Of a DNA stretch of 64,000 nucleotides, positions 21,515-30,316 are shown one piece after another. A program made the translations under genes and the position numbers. Under the pieces are notes generated by a model. The model did no database searches, was not told the DNA's origin, and worked only from the letters and a program-made list of their open reading frames with translations. Origin of the DNA: Leptonemataceae bacterium (GTDB lineage: Bacteria; Spirochaetota; Leptospiria; Leptospirales; Leptonemataceae); the NCBI GenBank assembly GCA_965227295.1, contig OZ245742.1, forward strand, positions 1,632,001 through 1,696,000. Direction: 5' to 3'. Position 1 is the stretch's first letter. Every line of letters starts with the position of its first letter.

Positions 21515-21871
21515 GATTCGTTCCTCCACCCGGCCGAGTATACACCACAAGAGCGGAATCGGTCAATCCAACTTGCGCTGTCGTTGGACACAACGAGGCC
21601 GAACTTGAACCGGCCGGGACATTCAGTGATTGATTCGGAGCCCGTTGAGCAAAAAACATCCGTTTCGATTTTTTGATTAGTTGGTATTTTTTAGTTTTGC
21701 AAGCCCAGACCGTCACGTTTAACGGCTTTCTAACCGTCCGCTTTCATAATCTCGTAGACAAGTTCGTGCCGTCGATGTAGGGCTGCCGACCGGTGCGAAG
21801 AGCGCGTACATTTTTTCACGCAAGGGAAGATTTATCGCTCTTCCAATTCGCATCGTTACGAGGTAAGAGAG

Positions 21872-22951
21872 ATGAACAATGCAAATACGCTAACGAAATC
21901 CAAACAAGGCTTCGCAGCAGTCGCCGTCCTTGCGGTTGCGGCCGTGTTGATCCTGCTGCATCCTCAGAGGGTCATGGCCGATGGTTTGGTTTTCGGCGTG
22001 GAAGTCCTGAGCGGCAGCAATCGCTATGAGCTGGAACCGATGATTGCCGACGATGTTGCGGTCACGGATGATTACACGAGCGGCAGTGTTTCGGCCACGA
22101 ACAAGTGGAACACGCCCTGGACAGAAAACCGCCGCCCCCTGGGACTTATCTCCCTTTTCTATGAGCACGCGGTCGGTGATGTGGTCCTGCTGGCCGGCGT
22201 GAAGCACACGCAACTGAAAACCAGTTATGATTACACCAGCTATAAGCTTCGCCCGGGCTCATCGGCCTATGCTGTGCCCGTAAGTGTGCGGATCATGGAG
22301 CGCATCGATGACGCCGAAGTCGGGGCGAAACTCCCGTTGTCCTTCCTGGGGCTGGACGCGGTTACGCTGACGCCGAAACTCGGCCACCGGACCGAGTACT
22401 TTCGCGCACGGAAGGGCGGAAGCGGCGGCGGTCGGGACGAGTCCGGCGGCCACGACTTCTTGCTGCACAAGAAGGCCGTGCTGGACGACGAGCTGAACGG
22501 ACCCTACGGCGGGGCCGAGATCGACTTTGCCCTGAACTCGAAGCTGCACGTGTTCGTGGGTGCCTATCACTTTGCCTTGCGTGGCAGCAAGACGGAGTCC
22601 GAGTTCGAAGGAGAAATCCTGGATAACCTGGTCGTCGAAGAGCTGGGGTTCGAGTACATCGAAACCAGAGTGCGTTCCGTCGGTTCCATGGTAGTGGCGG
22701 GACTGAAGTACAAGCTGACGGATGCGTGGCATTTGCATTTGGGCTTTGCTCACGAGCGCTTCCGGGTCTCTTATCCGGACTATACGAATCTGGCGCGGTG
22801 GCACTACACCAGCAGTTCCGGGGCCTCCCTGGAAATTCCCTCCCATGCGGACCTGATTACGGATCGAATCATTTACGGGCGGCAGGAACTGCGGGAGAAG
22901 CGGCACGTGTTTGTGGGGGTGAATTACGATCTGCACCTGAGCGGTGACTGA
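21872..22951 (+). CDS. Putative outer-membrane beta-barrel protein (resembles Leptospira LA_2444/LA_4059-type OMPs)
   Basis: Signal peptide, alternating amphipathic beta strands (GPYGGAEIDF, VVAGLKYKL, LHLGFAHERF), C-terminal VFVGVNYDL. Family assignment is from memory, not from a search. Confidence 0.65.
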   Translation: MNNANTLTKSKQGFAAVAVLAVAAVLILLHPQRVMADGLVFGVEVLSGSNRYELEPMIADDVAVTDDYTSGSVSATNKWNTPWTENRRPLGLISLFYEHAVGDVVLLAGVKHTQLKTSYDYTSYKLRPGSSAYAVPVSVRIMERIDDAEVGAKLPLSFLGLDAVTLTPKLGHRTEYFRARKGGSGGGRDESGGHDFLLHKKAVLDDELNGPYGGAEIDFALNSKLHVFVGAYHFALRGSKTESEFEGEILDNLVVEELGFEYIETRVRSVGSMVVAGLKYKLTDAWHLHLGFAHERFRVSYPDYTNLARWHYTSSSGASLEIPSHADLITDRIIYGRQELREKRHVFVGVNYDLHLSGD

Positions 22952-22960
22952 GGTGCAGGC

Positions 22961-22989
22961 AAAAAAAAGGCCCCGGTAAACCGGAGCCT
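22961..22989 (-). terminator. Rho-independent terminator (minus strand)
   Basis: Minus strand reads AGGCTCCGGT-TT-ACCGGGGCCT followed by a T-run of 7-8. Confidence 0.8.
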
Positions 22990-23068
22990 GAGAGGAGTTA
23001 CACGAATGACTCTTTTAAAATCGGCGGGGGCTCCGATTTTCCCTGAAACTTTTTTCCGAAAGAAGTTG

Positions 23069-23100
23069 AACCACCGAGGCTCCGAGGACTCCGAGGGAAG
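23069..23100. repeat. Dispersed REP-like repeat unit (CCACCGAGGCTCCGAGGACTCCGAGG)
   Basis: Periodic CCGAGG triplet; similar to units at 33078-33102 and 34667-34690/34816-34832. Confidence 0.55.
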
Positions 23101-23221
23101 AATTCACAGGAGGACGAGAGGTCGCTACGAGTGCACTCGACTCTTCGCGTTAGCGATGTAACGCGGCCGGGCGGAACGCCCAAAAAAGGTCGTATTATTT
23201 TCTGCTTCCGGGCGGCCGCGA

Positions 23222-24508
23222 TCACTCAAACATGCTGCGACTTCTTTCGTAGATGAAGTTTTCCAGGACGCGGTAGTCGTCGGGGCCGGCGTCGTAGAAG
23301 TTTATGCCGATATTAAAGCCGTCTTTCGTCGGGAAGTAGCGCGTGATTTCGCCCTTCAGGTGCATCATGTGGTGGCGCATCTGGATTTGCATCTCCAGGT
23401 GATCGTGAAAGGTCAGGTAGTCGAAGACGGTCTTGTTCGTAAGTTCGAAGAGCAGGCCGCCCATGCTGATGTTGATGATGCGCGTGAACGTGTGCCGCGA
23501 ATAGGAACGTGCGAGGACCGTCTTGGACATGGCGTAGTTCAATAGCCGGGCCAGCAGATCGATGTGCTCGGCGTCGTCCGCGGTGATCAGCCGGCGATCA
23601 AAGACCGTGCTGTACACGTAGATGTGCCCGATGACGTCGTCGAAGATCATGAGCGGGGCGCAGACGTAATTCGCCAGCATGTCGTACATGTCGTCGTGGC
23701 GCTTCTTTTCGAAGAACTTCACGACTTCTTCCTCGGACTCGGTGCGAATGCGATCGCGATACTCTTTCTGATAGTTGATGAGCCCGCGCAGCCGCTGATT
23801 CTTATAGTAACTTTCAATGTCCTGAACATCGCGCAGATAGAACGTCTTTTGTTCCGCGGTGATCATTTCTTCCATCAAGCTGCGGCGGTACTCTTTCGGA
23901 TAAAACTTCACCTCGAATTGCGGCGAAATGCGTTCCAGCTGCTCGGTGACGATGCGATTGATTAAGTAGAGGTCCGGCTCCCGGCGCCGCACTTCGTCCA
24001 CCAGTGAGGCGTAGCGGGACTCGAGGACCTGGCCGGTGCCGCGCGTGCCGTAGAGGGGCTGATACAATATGCCCCAGCGCATGAACATGTCGTCCACGCG
24101 GATGCGTCGGAACTTGCGGCGCTTCGCCGACTGGATGTAGGCCGGGATCTTGAGGATGATGAGATCGTCCTCGATGTCCACGATGGGCACTTCGAATTGA
24201 TAAAGAATATTTACAATTTCGAACTTAATGCGGCAGCGCCGGGCCCGCTCCTCCCGGAAGCCCGGTACGCGCAGATGGGCGACGGCGTTCTCGACTTCTT
24301 CCACGCGTGAGCGGAACTGCTCGGCGCCGTAGATCAACTGTACCGGCCGCTGCTCCGAGTGCAGCCAGTAGAAGAGATGGCGGATTTGATTGATGTCGGA
24401 GCCGAGGATCGTGTCCTCGGTGAAGTCGTCACTGCGGACCGGGGAAAGGTTGCGGATCGCCTCCGTTAGCGGTGTTGTTAGATCGATGTCGTCCCGGGCC
24501 GCATCCAT
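23222..24508 (-). CDS. PilZ-domain protein (DUF1577-like, with central GAF-like region)
   Basis: RxxxR (KRRKFRRIR), GAF-like YVCAPLMIFDDVIGHIY, NISMGGLLFE (D/NxSxxG), C-terminal NIGINF. Confidence 0.78.
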   Translation of the reverse strand: MDAARDDIDLTTPLTEAIRNLSPVRSDDFTEDTILGSDINQIRHLFYWLHSEQRPVQLIYGAEQFRSRVEEVENAVAHLRVPGFREERARRCRIKFEIVNILYQFEVPIVDIEDDLIILKIPAYIQSAKRRKFRRIRVDDMFMRWGILYQPLYGTRGTGQVLESRYASLVDEVRRREPDLYLINRIVTEQLERISPQFEVKFYPKEYRRSLMEEMITAEQKTFYLRDVQDIESYYKNQRLRGLINYQKEYRDRIRTESEEEVVKFFEKKRHDDMYDMLANYVCAPLMIFDDVIGHIYVYSTVFDRRLITADDAEHIDLLARLLNYAMSKTVLARSYSRHTFTRIINISMGGLLFELTNKTVFDYLTFHDHLEMQIQMRHHMMHLKGEITRYFPTKDGFNIGINFYDAGPDDYRVLENFIYERSRSMFE

Positions 24509-24605
24509 AGTTGTTTATCGTGGGCCGGGCGACCGGGATCAAAGGCGCGGGCGCGGTTTTTCCGGGATTTTTTGGAGATTCTTTGCCGGAAAGGCGGTGT
24601 GCGGC

Positions 24606-24932
24606 TTACTGAACGGACTTTTCGAGGTCGTCGGAGATTTCGAAGAGCAGATCCAGCTTGGAGAGCTTGAGCAGCGTGAGCAGGGAACGGGAAAGGTTGC
24701 AGAGGACGAGCTGGCCACCGTAGGCTTTGACGTCCTTCATGAAGGCGACGAGGGCACCGAGGGCGGAACTGTCGAAATACTCGGTTTCTTTGAGATCGAG
24801 GACGATGCGGGCAGGCTTGTCCTTGAGATACGAGCTGAGGCCTTCTCGAAATTTGCGGGCCACGACCATATCGACCCGGGGCTCCTGGATGTGCAGCACC
24901 AGAGCATTTTCCCGATTTTCCGCCGAAATCAT
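24606..24932 (-). CDS. STAS-domain anti-sigma-factor antagonist
   Basis: IVLDLKETEYFDSSALGALV and GGQLVLCNL; the phospho-acceptor DSS motif is present. Confidence 0.92.
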   Translation of the reverse strand: MISAENRENALVLHIQEPRVDMVVARKFREGLSSYLKDKPARIVLDLKETEYFDSSALGALVAFMKDVKAYGGQLVLCNLSRSLLTLLKLSKLDLLFEISDDLEKSVQ

Positions 24933-25095
24933 ATCGACCGACTTAACCTCGCTCCGGGCGTTCCGGTCAAATAAAAATTTGGCAATCTTAGTGCAAAAGC
25001 ACTATGTTTCGTGACGTGGTCGGTGCTCTGAAAATAACGTCGGATGAGTCTGATCGGATTTGATTTTTTCGGAGGACGGCGGGAGTTGCATGGTT

Positions 25096-26994
25096 ATGAG
25101 CGGAAAATCAAAGAAAAACGCGAAATCCCCTGGAAAGGCGGGAAAAGGCGGCAAATCGGCCAAAAAAGGCGCGAAACAAACGCCGCTCAGTGAGGAAGAC
25201 CTCCGCAAGGCCGCCATTCTCGAATGGACCGGGCCGGCGTTTCCTCTGGCCGTGCGGGAAGAGGCCGCCCTGGTCTTCGCCGACTACGTTCGCCGTAGCG
25301 GCCCGAACTTCGAAGACGCCGATTATTTCACGCATCCGCTGAAGTTCGGTACCGGTGGTCTGCGCGGTGTGATCGGCAACGGTGCGGGCCGGATGAACGT
25401 GTGGACCGTGGGCCGGACCACCGTGGGGCTCTGTAACTATCTCAAAAAGCAAGCTAAGAAATCAACGCCGGCCCTCGTGGTCGCCCATGACTCCCGGCGC
25501 ATGGCGGTCGAGTTCGCGCAGACCACTGCCGGCATCGCCGCCAATCTTGGATTTAAGGTCTATCTCTTCCAGGGCGTAACACCTACCCCCGTACTCTCTT
25601 ACGCCATTCGCAAACTCGGTGCCGCCGGCGGCGTGGTCATTACCGCATCCCACAACCCGCCGGAGTACAACGGTTACAAAGTTTACATCGACGACGGCTC
25701 GCAACTGGTCGGCAAGCCGCAGAAAGACCTGGAAGCATCCATCGACGCCGTGCAGAACTGGGATGAAATCCCCTTCCTGGGGCCGACGGATGCCACGTTC
25801 AAGAAGCGCGTGAAAATGATCGGCGCGGACATTCGCAAGGCGTACTTCGATGAATTCAAGAAGGTCGGGTTCGTCAGCGCGAAAAAGAATCCCGCGAAGT
25901 CGAAGCTGAAAATCATCTACTCGCCGCTGCACGGTACCGGCGGTCCCTGGCTGCCCGGCCTCTTAAAGCAGTACGGCTTTTCGGTGCAGACGGTTCCCGA
26001 ACAGGAAAAACCCGATGGCGAATTCCCCACGGTGAAGTTTCCGAACCCCGAGGAACCCGAGGCCATGAAACTGAGCGAGGACCTGGCCCGGGCGAGTAAC
26101 GCCGACATCTTTCTCGCCACGGATCCGGACGCGGATCGCCTGGGGGCGGGAGTGCGGGCCGCGGACGGATCTTATGTTCTCATCAACGGCAATCAGATCG
26201 GTAGTATTATGTGCGCGCACCTTTGTGAACGCGTTGCCGAAAACGAAAAGAAGCCGGAGCGTTTTCACGTACTCAAGACCATCGTAACGACGGATCTGCA
26301 ACGCGAGATCGCGGCGAAGACCGGTGTGGGTGTCCGCGACGTGCTCACCGGCTTTAAGTACATTGCCGAGCAGATGCGCCTCATGGAGAAAGGCGACAAG
26401 AAGGCCGGCTTCGGCAAACACGATCGTTATCTTTTCGGAGGTGAGGAGTCCTTCGGTTATTTGCCGGTGGACTTTGTCCGCGACAAGGACTCGCTCGCGT
26501 CGGCGCTGCTCCTCTGCGAAGTACTTGCGGAACGCGGGGATCTGCTCGCGTATCTCGATCAAATTTATTTAAACTACGGCCTGTATCTCGAAGACCTCAA
26601 GTCCGTGACGATGAAAGGCTCGGCCGGCCAGGCGAAGATCAAAGCGCTGATCGATAACCTGCGCAAAGACCAGACGAAGCTGATCGGTCAGAAGCTCGGC
26701 GAGCGTACCGTGAGCGGCGTCCTGGATTTCGAAAAGCAGACCCGGGACGGCAAGCCGTCGAAGCAGGTCTTCGGTTTGCTGCCGCCGTCGAACGTGATTC
26801 AACTGCTGCTGGAACCGGAGGGCAAGCTTACGATCCGTCCCTCGGGTACGGAACCGAAAGTCAAGGTCTACGCCAGTTTGCGGTACGCGAATCAGCCGCA
26901 AAGTCTGGAAGAGTTGCAGTTAGCGAAGGCCGAGTTGCAGAACGAGCTCGCCAGCATCAGCGGGCACTTTTTTGCGCGGACGGGTCTCGCCTGA
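25096..26994 (+). CDS. Phosphoglucomutase/phosphomannomutase
   Basis: Motifs LKFGTGGLRG, ITASHNP, DPDADR, GGEESFGY, RDKD, IRPSGTEPKVKVY. Confidence 0.96.
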   Translation: MSGKSKKNAKSPGKAGKGGKSAKKGAKQTPLSEEDLRKAAILEWTGPAFPLAVREEAALVFADYVRRSGPNFEDADYFTHPLKFGTGGLRGVIGNGAGRMNVWTVGRTTVGLCNYLKKQAKKSTPALVVAHDSRRMAVEFAQTTAGIAANLGFKVYLFQGVTPTPVLSYAIRKLGAAGGVVITASHNPPEYNGYKVYIDDGSQLVGKPQKDLEASIDAVQNWDEIPFLGPTDATFKKRVKMIGADIRKAYFDEFKKVGFVSAKKNPAKSKLKIIYSPLHGTGGPWLPGLLKQYGFSVQTVPEQEKPDGEFPTVKFPNPEEPEAMKLSEDLARASNADIFLATDPDADRLGAGVRAADGSYVLINGNQIGSIMCAHLCERVAENEKKPERFHVLKTIVTTDLQREIAAKTGVGVRDVLTGFKYIAEQMRLMEKGDKKAGFGKHDRYLFGGEESFGYLPVDFVRDKDSLASALLLCEVLAERGDLLAYLDQIYLNYGLYLEDLKSVTMKGSAGQAKIKALIDNLRKDQTKLIGQKLGERTVSGVLDFEKQTRDGKPSKQVFGLLPPSNVIQLLLEPEGKLTIRPSGTEPKVKVYASLRYANQPQSLEELQLAKAELQNELASISGHFFARTGLA

Positions 26995-27181
26995 TGGCGG
27001 CGACGAACACAACGACGAAGACGCCGTTCCGGTCCGCCTGACCCCGTTCCCCGGCATGGCCTCCGTTCGTCAGCTGGAACCAGTCGTACCCGAAAAATCC
27101 TTAATCCACACTTACCGCCACTTACGCCGCGATTCGGGACGTCTGCGAGTCCTGGCAACGCCCGGCACCCGCTTACGTTTC

Positions 27182-28279
27182 TCACAGCATCGCCCGCAAC
27201 GATTCCACCGCCGCGTCGATGTCGGCGCGATCGCGGTTGTCCTGCACTTCCAGGCGTCCCGTGCGAAAATCCACGGTTGTATGCCGGCCCTCAATGTCCG
27301 CGGCATACACCGCCGCGTCCAGGCAGGCGCGCAGCACGTACTCACGATCCCCCGCGTCCACGAGCCGCGCGTAACGTTCAGCGAGTTGCATGTAAGCCTG
27401 CACGAGTTTGTCTTCGCGCTCCCGATCCACCAGCATGGCGTCGAGGCCGGCCTTTTCCTGGATGAACGCGTCGAGCACGCGGCCCTCTTCGCGCAGCAGT
27501 TCGGCGTACTCCGCGTGCGGCGTACGATACGTGGAGCCGGTGCGGATGGCGTACTCGAAGTAGCGCTGCGCGGTTTCGCGGTCGCCCAGGTGTTTGTGCG
27601 CGATGATGCCGGCGTAGCGGCAGGCGGCGATCGTGTCCGGCAGGTCCCGCCGGCGATAGAAGTACCAGACGTCATCGCCCGTGCGTTCCCGGCAGGCGAA
27701 CTTTGGTTCGGCCCGTAAGAATTCCTGAAACGAAGCTAAGGCCTCGGTCCAGCGCTCCCGGGTGTAGTGGATTTCGCCCAGATAGTAGTGCGAGATATGA
27801 TGCGGTTGGGCCAGCCGGTAGACCGCGCTCAGGCTGTCGATGTCGTAGATGCGCGCGACCTCTTCCCGCGGCGCGATCCAGATGCCGCCGGGTGTTTTCA
27901 GCGACTCCGCGTACAGAACCGCCGCTTCGAGCAGAGGCTTCGCGGCGGCGGCGTCTTCGTACCAATACCACACGGCCCAGGCTGTGCGGATAAACTCAAG
28001 CAGCGGATGGCGGGTATACCGGTAGGCCGGCTCTTCCGTCGTAAACTCGGGCTCGATGTACTCTAATAGATTGTTGCAGGCCAGGGCGTAGCGGTGCGCG
28101 TCTTCATCGGCGGTTTGCAGCGAGTCCTCGCTGTGCCAGGTGTAACGATCCGTGAAAACATCGAAAAACTTGCGGGCGTCGGCCAACTGCTCCGCATCGC
28201 TGCGCCCGCGACTCGCCGTGCAGCGTTCGCCGACGCGTTCGAACATGGCTTCGTAGTCGTAGCGGATGGGCTCGATCAT
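27182..28279 (-). CDS. TPR-repeat hypothetical protein
   Basis: HYYLGEIHYTRERWTEALASFQEFL and LGDRETAQRYFEYAI are TPR-like repeats. Confidence 0.65.
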   Translation of the reverse strand: MIEPIRYDYEAMFERVGERCTASRGRSDAEQLADARKFFDVFTDRYTWHSEDSLQTADEDAHRYALACNNLLEYIEPEFTTEEPAYRYTRHPLLEFIRTAWAVWYWYEDAAAAKPLLEAAVLYAESLKTPGGIWIAPREEVARIYDIDSLSAVYRLAQPHHISHYYLGEIHYTRERWTEALASFQEFLRAEPKFACRERTGDDVWYFYRRRDLPDTIAACRYAGIIAHKHLGDRETAQRYFEYAIRTGSTYRTPHAEYAELLREEGRVLDAFIQEKAGLDAMLVDREREDKLVQAYMQLAERYARLVDAGDREYVLRACLDAAVYAADIEGRHTTVDFRTGRLEVQDNRDRADIDAAVESLRAML

Positions 28280-28294
28280 GCTAATGTTTTCTGC

Positions 28295-29053
28295 CTAAAT
28301 ATTAGAAAACGCGCCTTCTTCCGCGGCCACCCCGATCATGGCGATGCCGTTCAAGACCATGTGCATGATGACGGGTGCGTACAGCGAGCGCGTGTAGTAG
28401 CGGGCCAGGGAGAGGACGATGCCCAGAAAAAAGATGATCACAATGTCATACCACTCGTACTGCAAATGAATCAGGGCCCAGAAGACGGACGGCACAATCA
28501 CCGCGCCGGCGATGCTTACGGGCGAACGGGCGTAGCCCGCATACCAGAAGCCGCGAAACACAACCTCCTCCCAGAGCGGCGCGGCCACAACGATGGCCAG
28601 TAACAACAGCGGCACCGAGCCGGCAGTGCGGTAAGCGTTCACCGCGAACTCCGAGGTCACGGGATAATCGAGCAGGTATTTTACGTAGTCGAGGCCCGCC
28701 GCCGTGGCGATGCCGGCCAGGCACCAGAAGACCACGCTGCGCGCGCGTACGGGGCGCAGCGCAAAGTACTCCGCGAGATAAGTACCGAAGCCCGTCTCCG
28801 CTTTGCGGTACGCTTTGCACGCCAGCGCGGCGATGAGCGCGAACACAACACCCACCGGCGCGCTTACGATCGTAATGACTGCGAGCGCGAAGCCGTTCTC
28901 GGCGAGACCCTCGAGGAACTCCATGTCCGGCAAGTCCGGCGCGGCGGCCGCGGCGGCGTAGATGCCCATGATCACGCCCTGGAAGACGCCCCAGGCAAAC
29001 ATCACAAAGATGCTCATGATCGTCGTCATCCAGAAGCCCCAGGGTTTGCTCAT
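28295..29053 (-). CDS. CPBP (Abi/CAAX-type) intramembrane metalloprotease
   Basis: Motifs APLWEEVVFRGF, FWALIH, SLYAPVIMHMVLN. Start at ATG 29053 (MSKPWGF). Confidence 0.9.
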   Translation of the reverse strand: MSKPWGFWMTTIMSIFVMFAWGVFQGVIMGIYAAAAAAPDLPDMEFLEGLAENGFALAVITIVSAPVGVVFALIAALACKAYRKAETGFGTYLAEYFALRPVRARSVVFWCLAGIATAAGLDYVKYLLDYPVTSEFAVNAYRTAGSVPLLLLAIVVAAPLWEEVVFRGFWYAGYARSPVSIAGAVIVPSVFWALIHLQYEWYDIVIIFFLGIVLSLARYYTRSLYAPVIMHMVLNGIAMIGVAAEEGAFSNI

Positions 29054-29149
29054 GCGAACATCGCCGCGCGCGATGCTCTGCATCGCAAACGTTTTCCCGT
29101 CGCATTTCCTGGTTGTCGTCGCGGTCGCGCGCCTGCTTGTGTAACTTAC

Positions 29150-30229
29150 ATGATCGATCTTTTGATCATCGGTGCCGGGATCGTCGGTTCCTGGGTCGCT
29201 CTGCACGCGGCGCGCCGCGGACTCACCACGGCCGTGTGTGACGTCTCCGCCACCGCCCGCGACGGCATCACCGGGCGCAACTCCGGCGTAATTCACGCGG
29301 GCATCTACTATGCGCCGGACTCGCTCAAGGCCTTTCATTGCATCCGCGGCAAACGCATGCTCCTGGAATTCTGTGAAGCACACGGCGTGCCCCACGCCGT
29401 GTGCGGTAAGCTGATCGTGTCGGGTCGGGACGGCGGCGCGGATGCCGCCGAACGTCTCGAAGCGATCTTCGCCAATGCCACGGCGGCGGGAGCGGAAGAC
29501 CTGGAGATGATCCGCCGTCCTGGTGAAACGTACGCGCATGTCCTCGGTGACGCGGCCATTCATAGCAAGGGCACCGGTGTGGTGGACGCGGCGGCCTATC
29601 ACAAAGCCGTCCGCGATGCGGCCGAAGCCGCGGGAGCCATGTTTCTCATGACGCGCCGGCCGGTGAATGCGGAACCGGGACGCGTGGAGCTGGCAGGGGC
29701 GGACGGGAGCGCGGGCGAAGTCGTCGAAGCCGCGCACATCGTCAACGCCGCGGGTTTGCAGTGCGATGAGGTGGCCCGGCTCTTCGGCGAACAACGTTAC
29801 GAAATTCGACCGAACCGCGGCGAGTACTATCGCCTGCGCTGTTCACTGCCGTATCAAAAATTGATCTACCCCCTGCCGCACACCGACAGTACGGCCCTGG
29901 GTGTCCACTATACGTTTCAGATGAACGGCGAAGCCTACGCCGGCCCGAATTCCGTGTGGGCCGATCACAAAGATGACTACGCCATTACCATGGAGCGGCG
30001 GCGGTTTTTCGAAGGCCTGGCGAACATCCTGGATTGTTACGAAGAGGACGATCTTGCGCCCGGTTACAGCGGCCTGCGCCCGCGCCTGTTTCGGGACGGC
30101 GAGGCCGTGCGCGACTTCGTCCTTGAAGAGAGTCGCGGCGTGATTCATCTCCTGGGCATTGAAAGCCCCGGCCTGACCTCGGCCGCGTCGTTGGGCGAAG
30201 CCGTGGTCACAAAGATTACGGCTGCGTAG
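29150..30229 (+). CDS. FAD-dependent oxidoreductase, L-2-hydroxyglutarate oxidase-like
   Basis: Motifs IIGAGIVG, RNSGVIHAGIYY..DSLKA, NAAGL..D, LIYPLP, LGVH, GLRP, GIESPGLTSA. Confidence 0.9.
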   Translation: MIDLLIIGAGIVGSWVALHAARRGLTTAVCDVSATARDGITGRNSGVIHAGIYYAPDSLKAFHCIRGKRMLLEFCEAHGVPHAVCGKLIVSGRDGGADAAERLEAIFANATAAGAEDLEMIRRPGETYAHVLGDAAIHSKGTGVVDAAAYHKAVRDAAEAAGAMFLMTRRPVNAEPGRVELAGADGSAGEVVEAAHIVNAAGLQCDEVARLFGEQRYEIRPNRGEYYRLRCSLPYQKLIYPLPHTDSTALGVHYTFQMNGEAYAGPNSVWADHKDDYAITMERRRFFEGLANILDCYEEDDLAPGYSGLRPRLFRDGEAVRDFVLEESRGVIHLLGIESPGLTSAASLGEAVVTKITAA

Positions 30230-30316
30230 CCTTAGGTTCGTAGCGTTTAAAAAAAGCGAGCGCGTTCGTACTTCGGGTTTGACACCGTTCCCGGCCTGCG
30301 GAACATCCATTCGCGG

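Noticed and set aside
21780..21850. Cobalamin riboswitch (GGTGCGAA and GGGAAG fragments)
   Set aside because: The core elements (CCCGC.ACTGT, GCCACTG) are absent.
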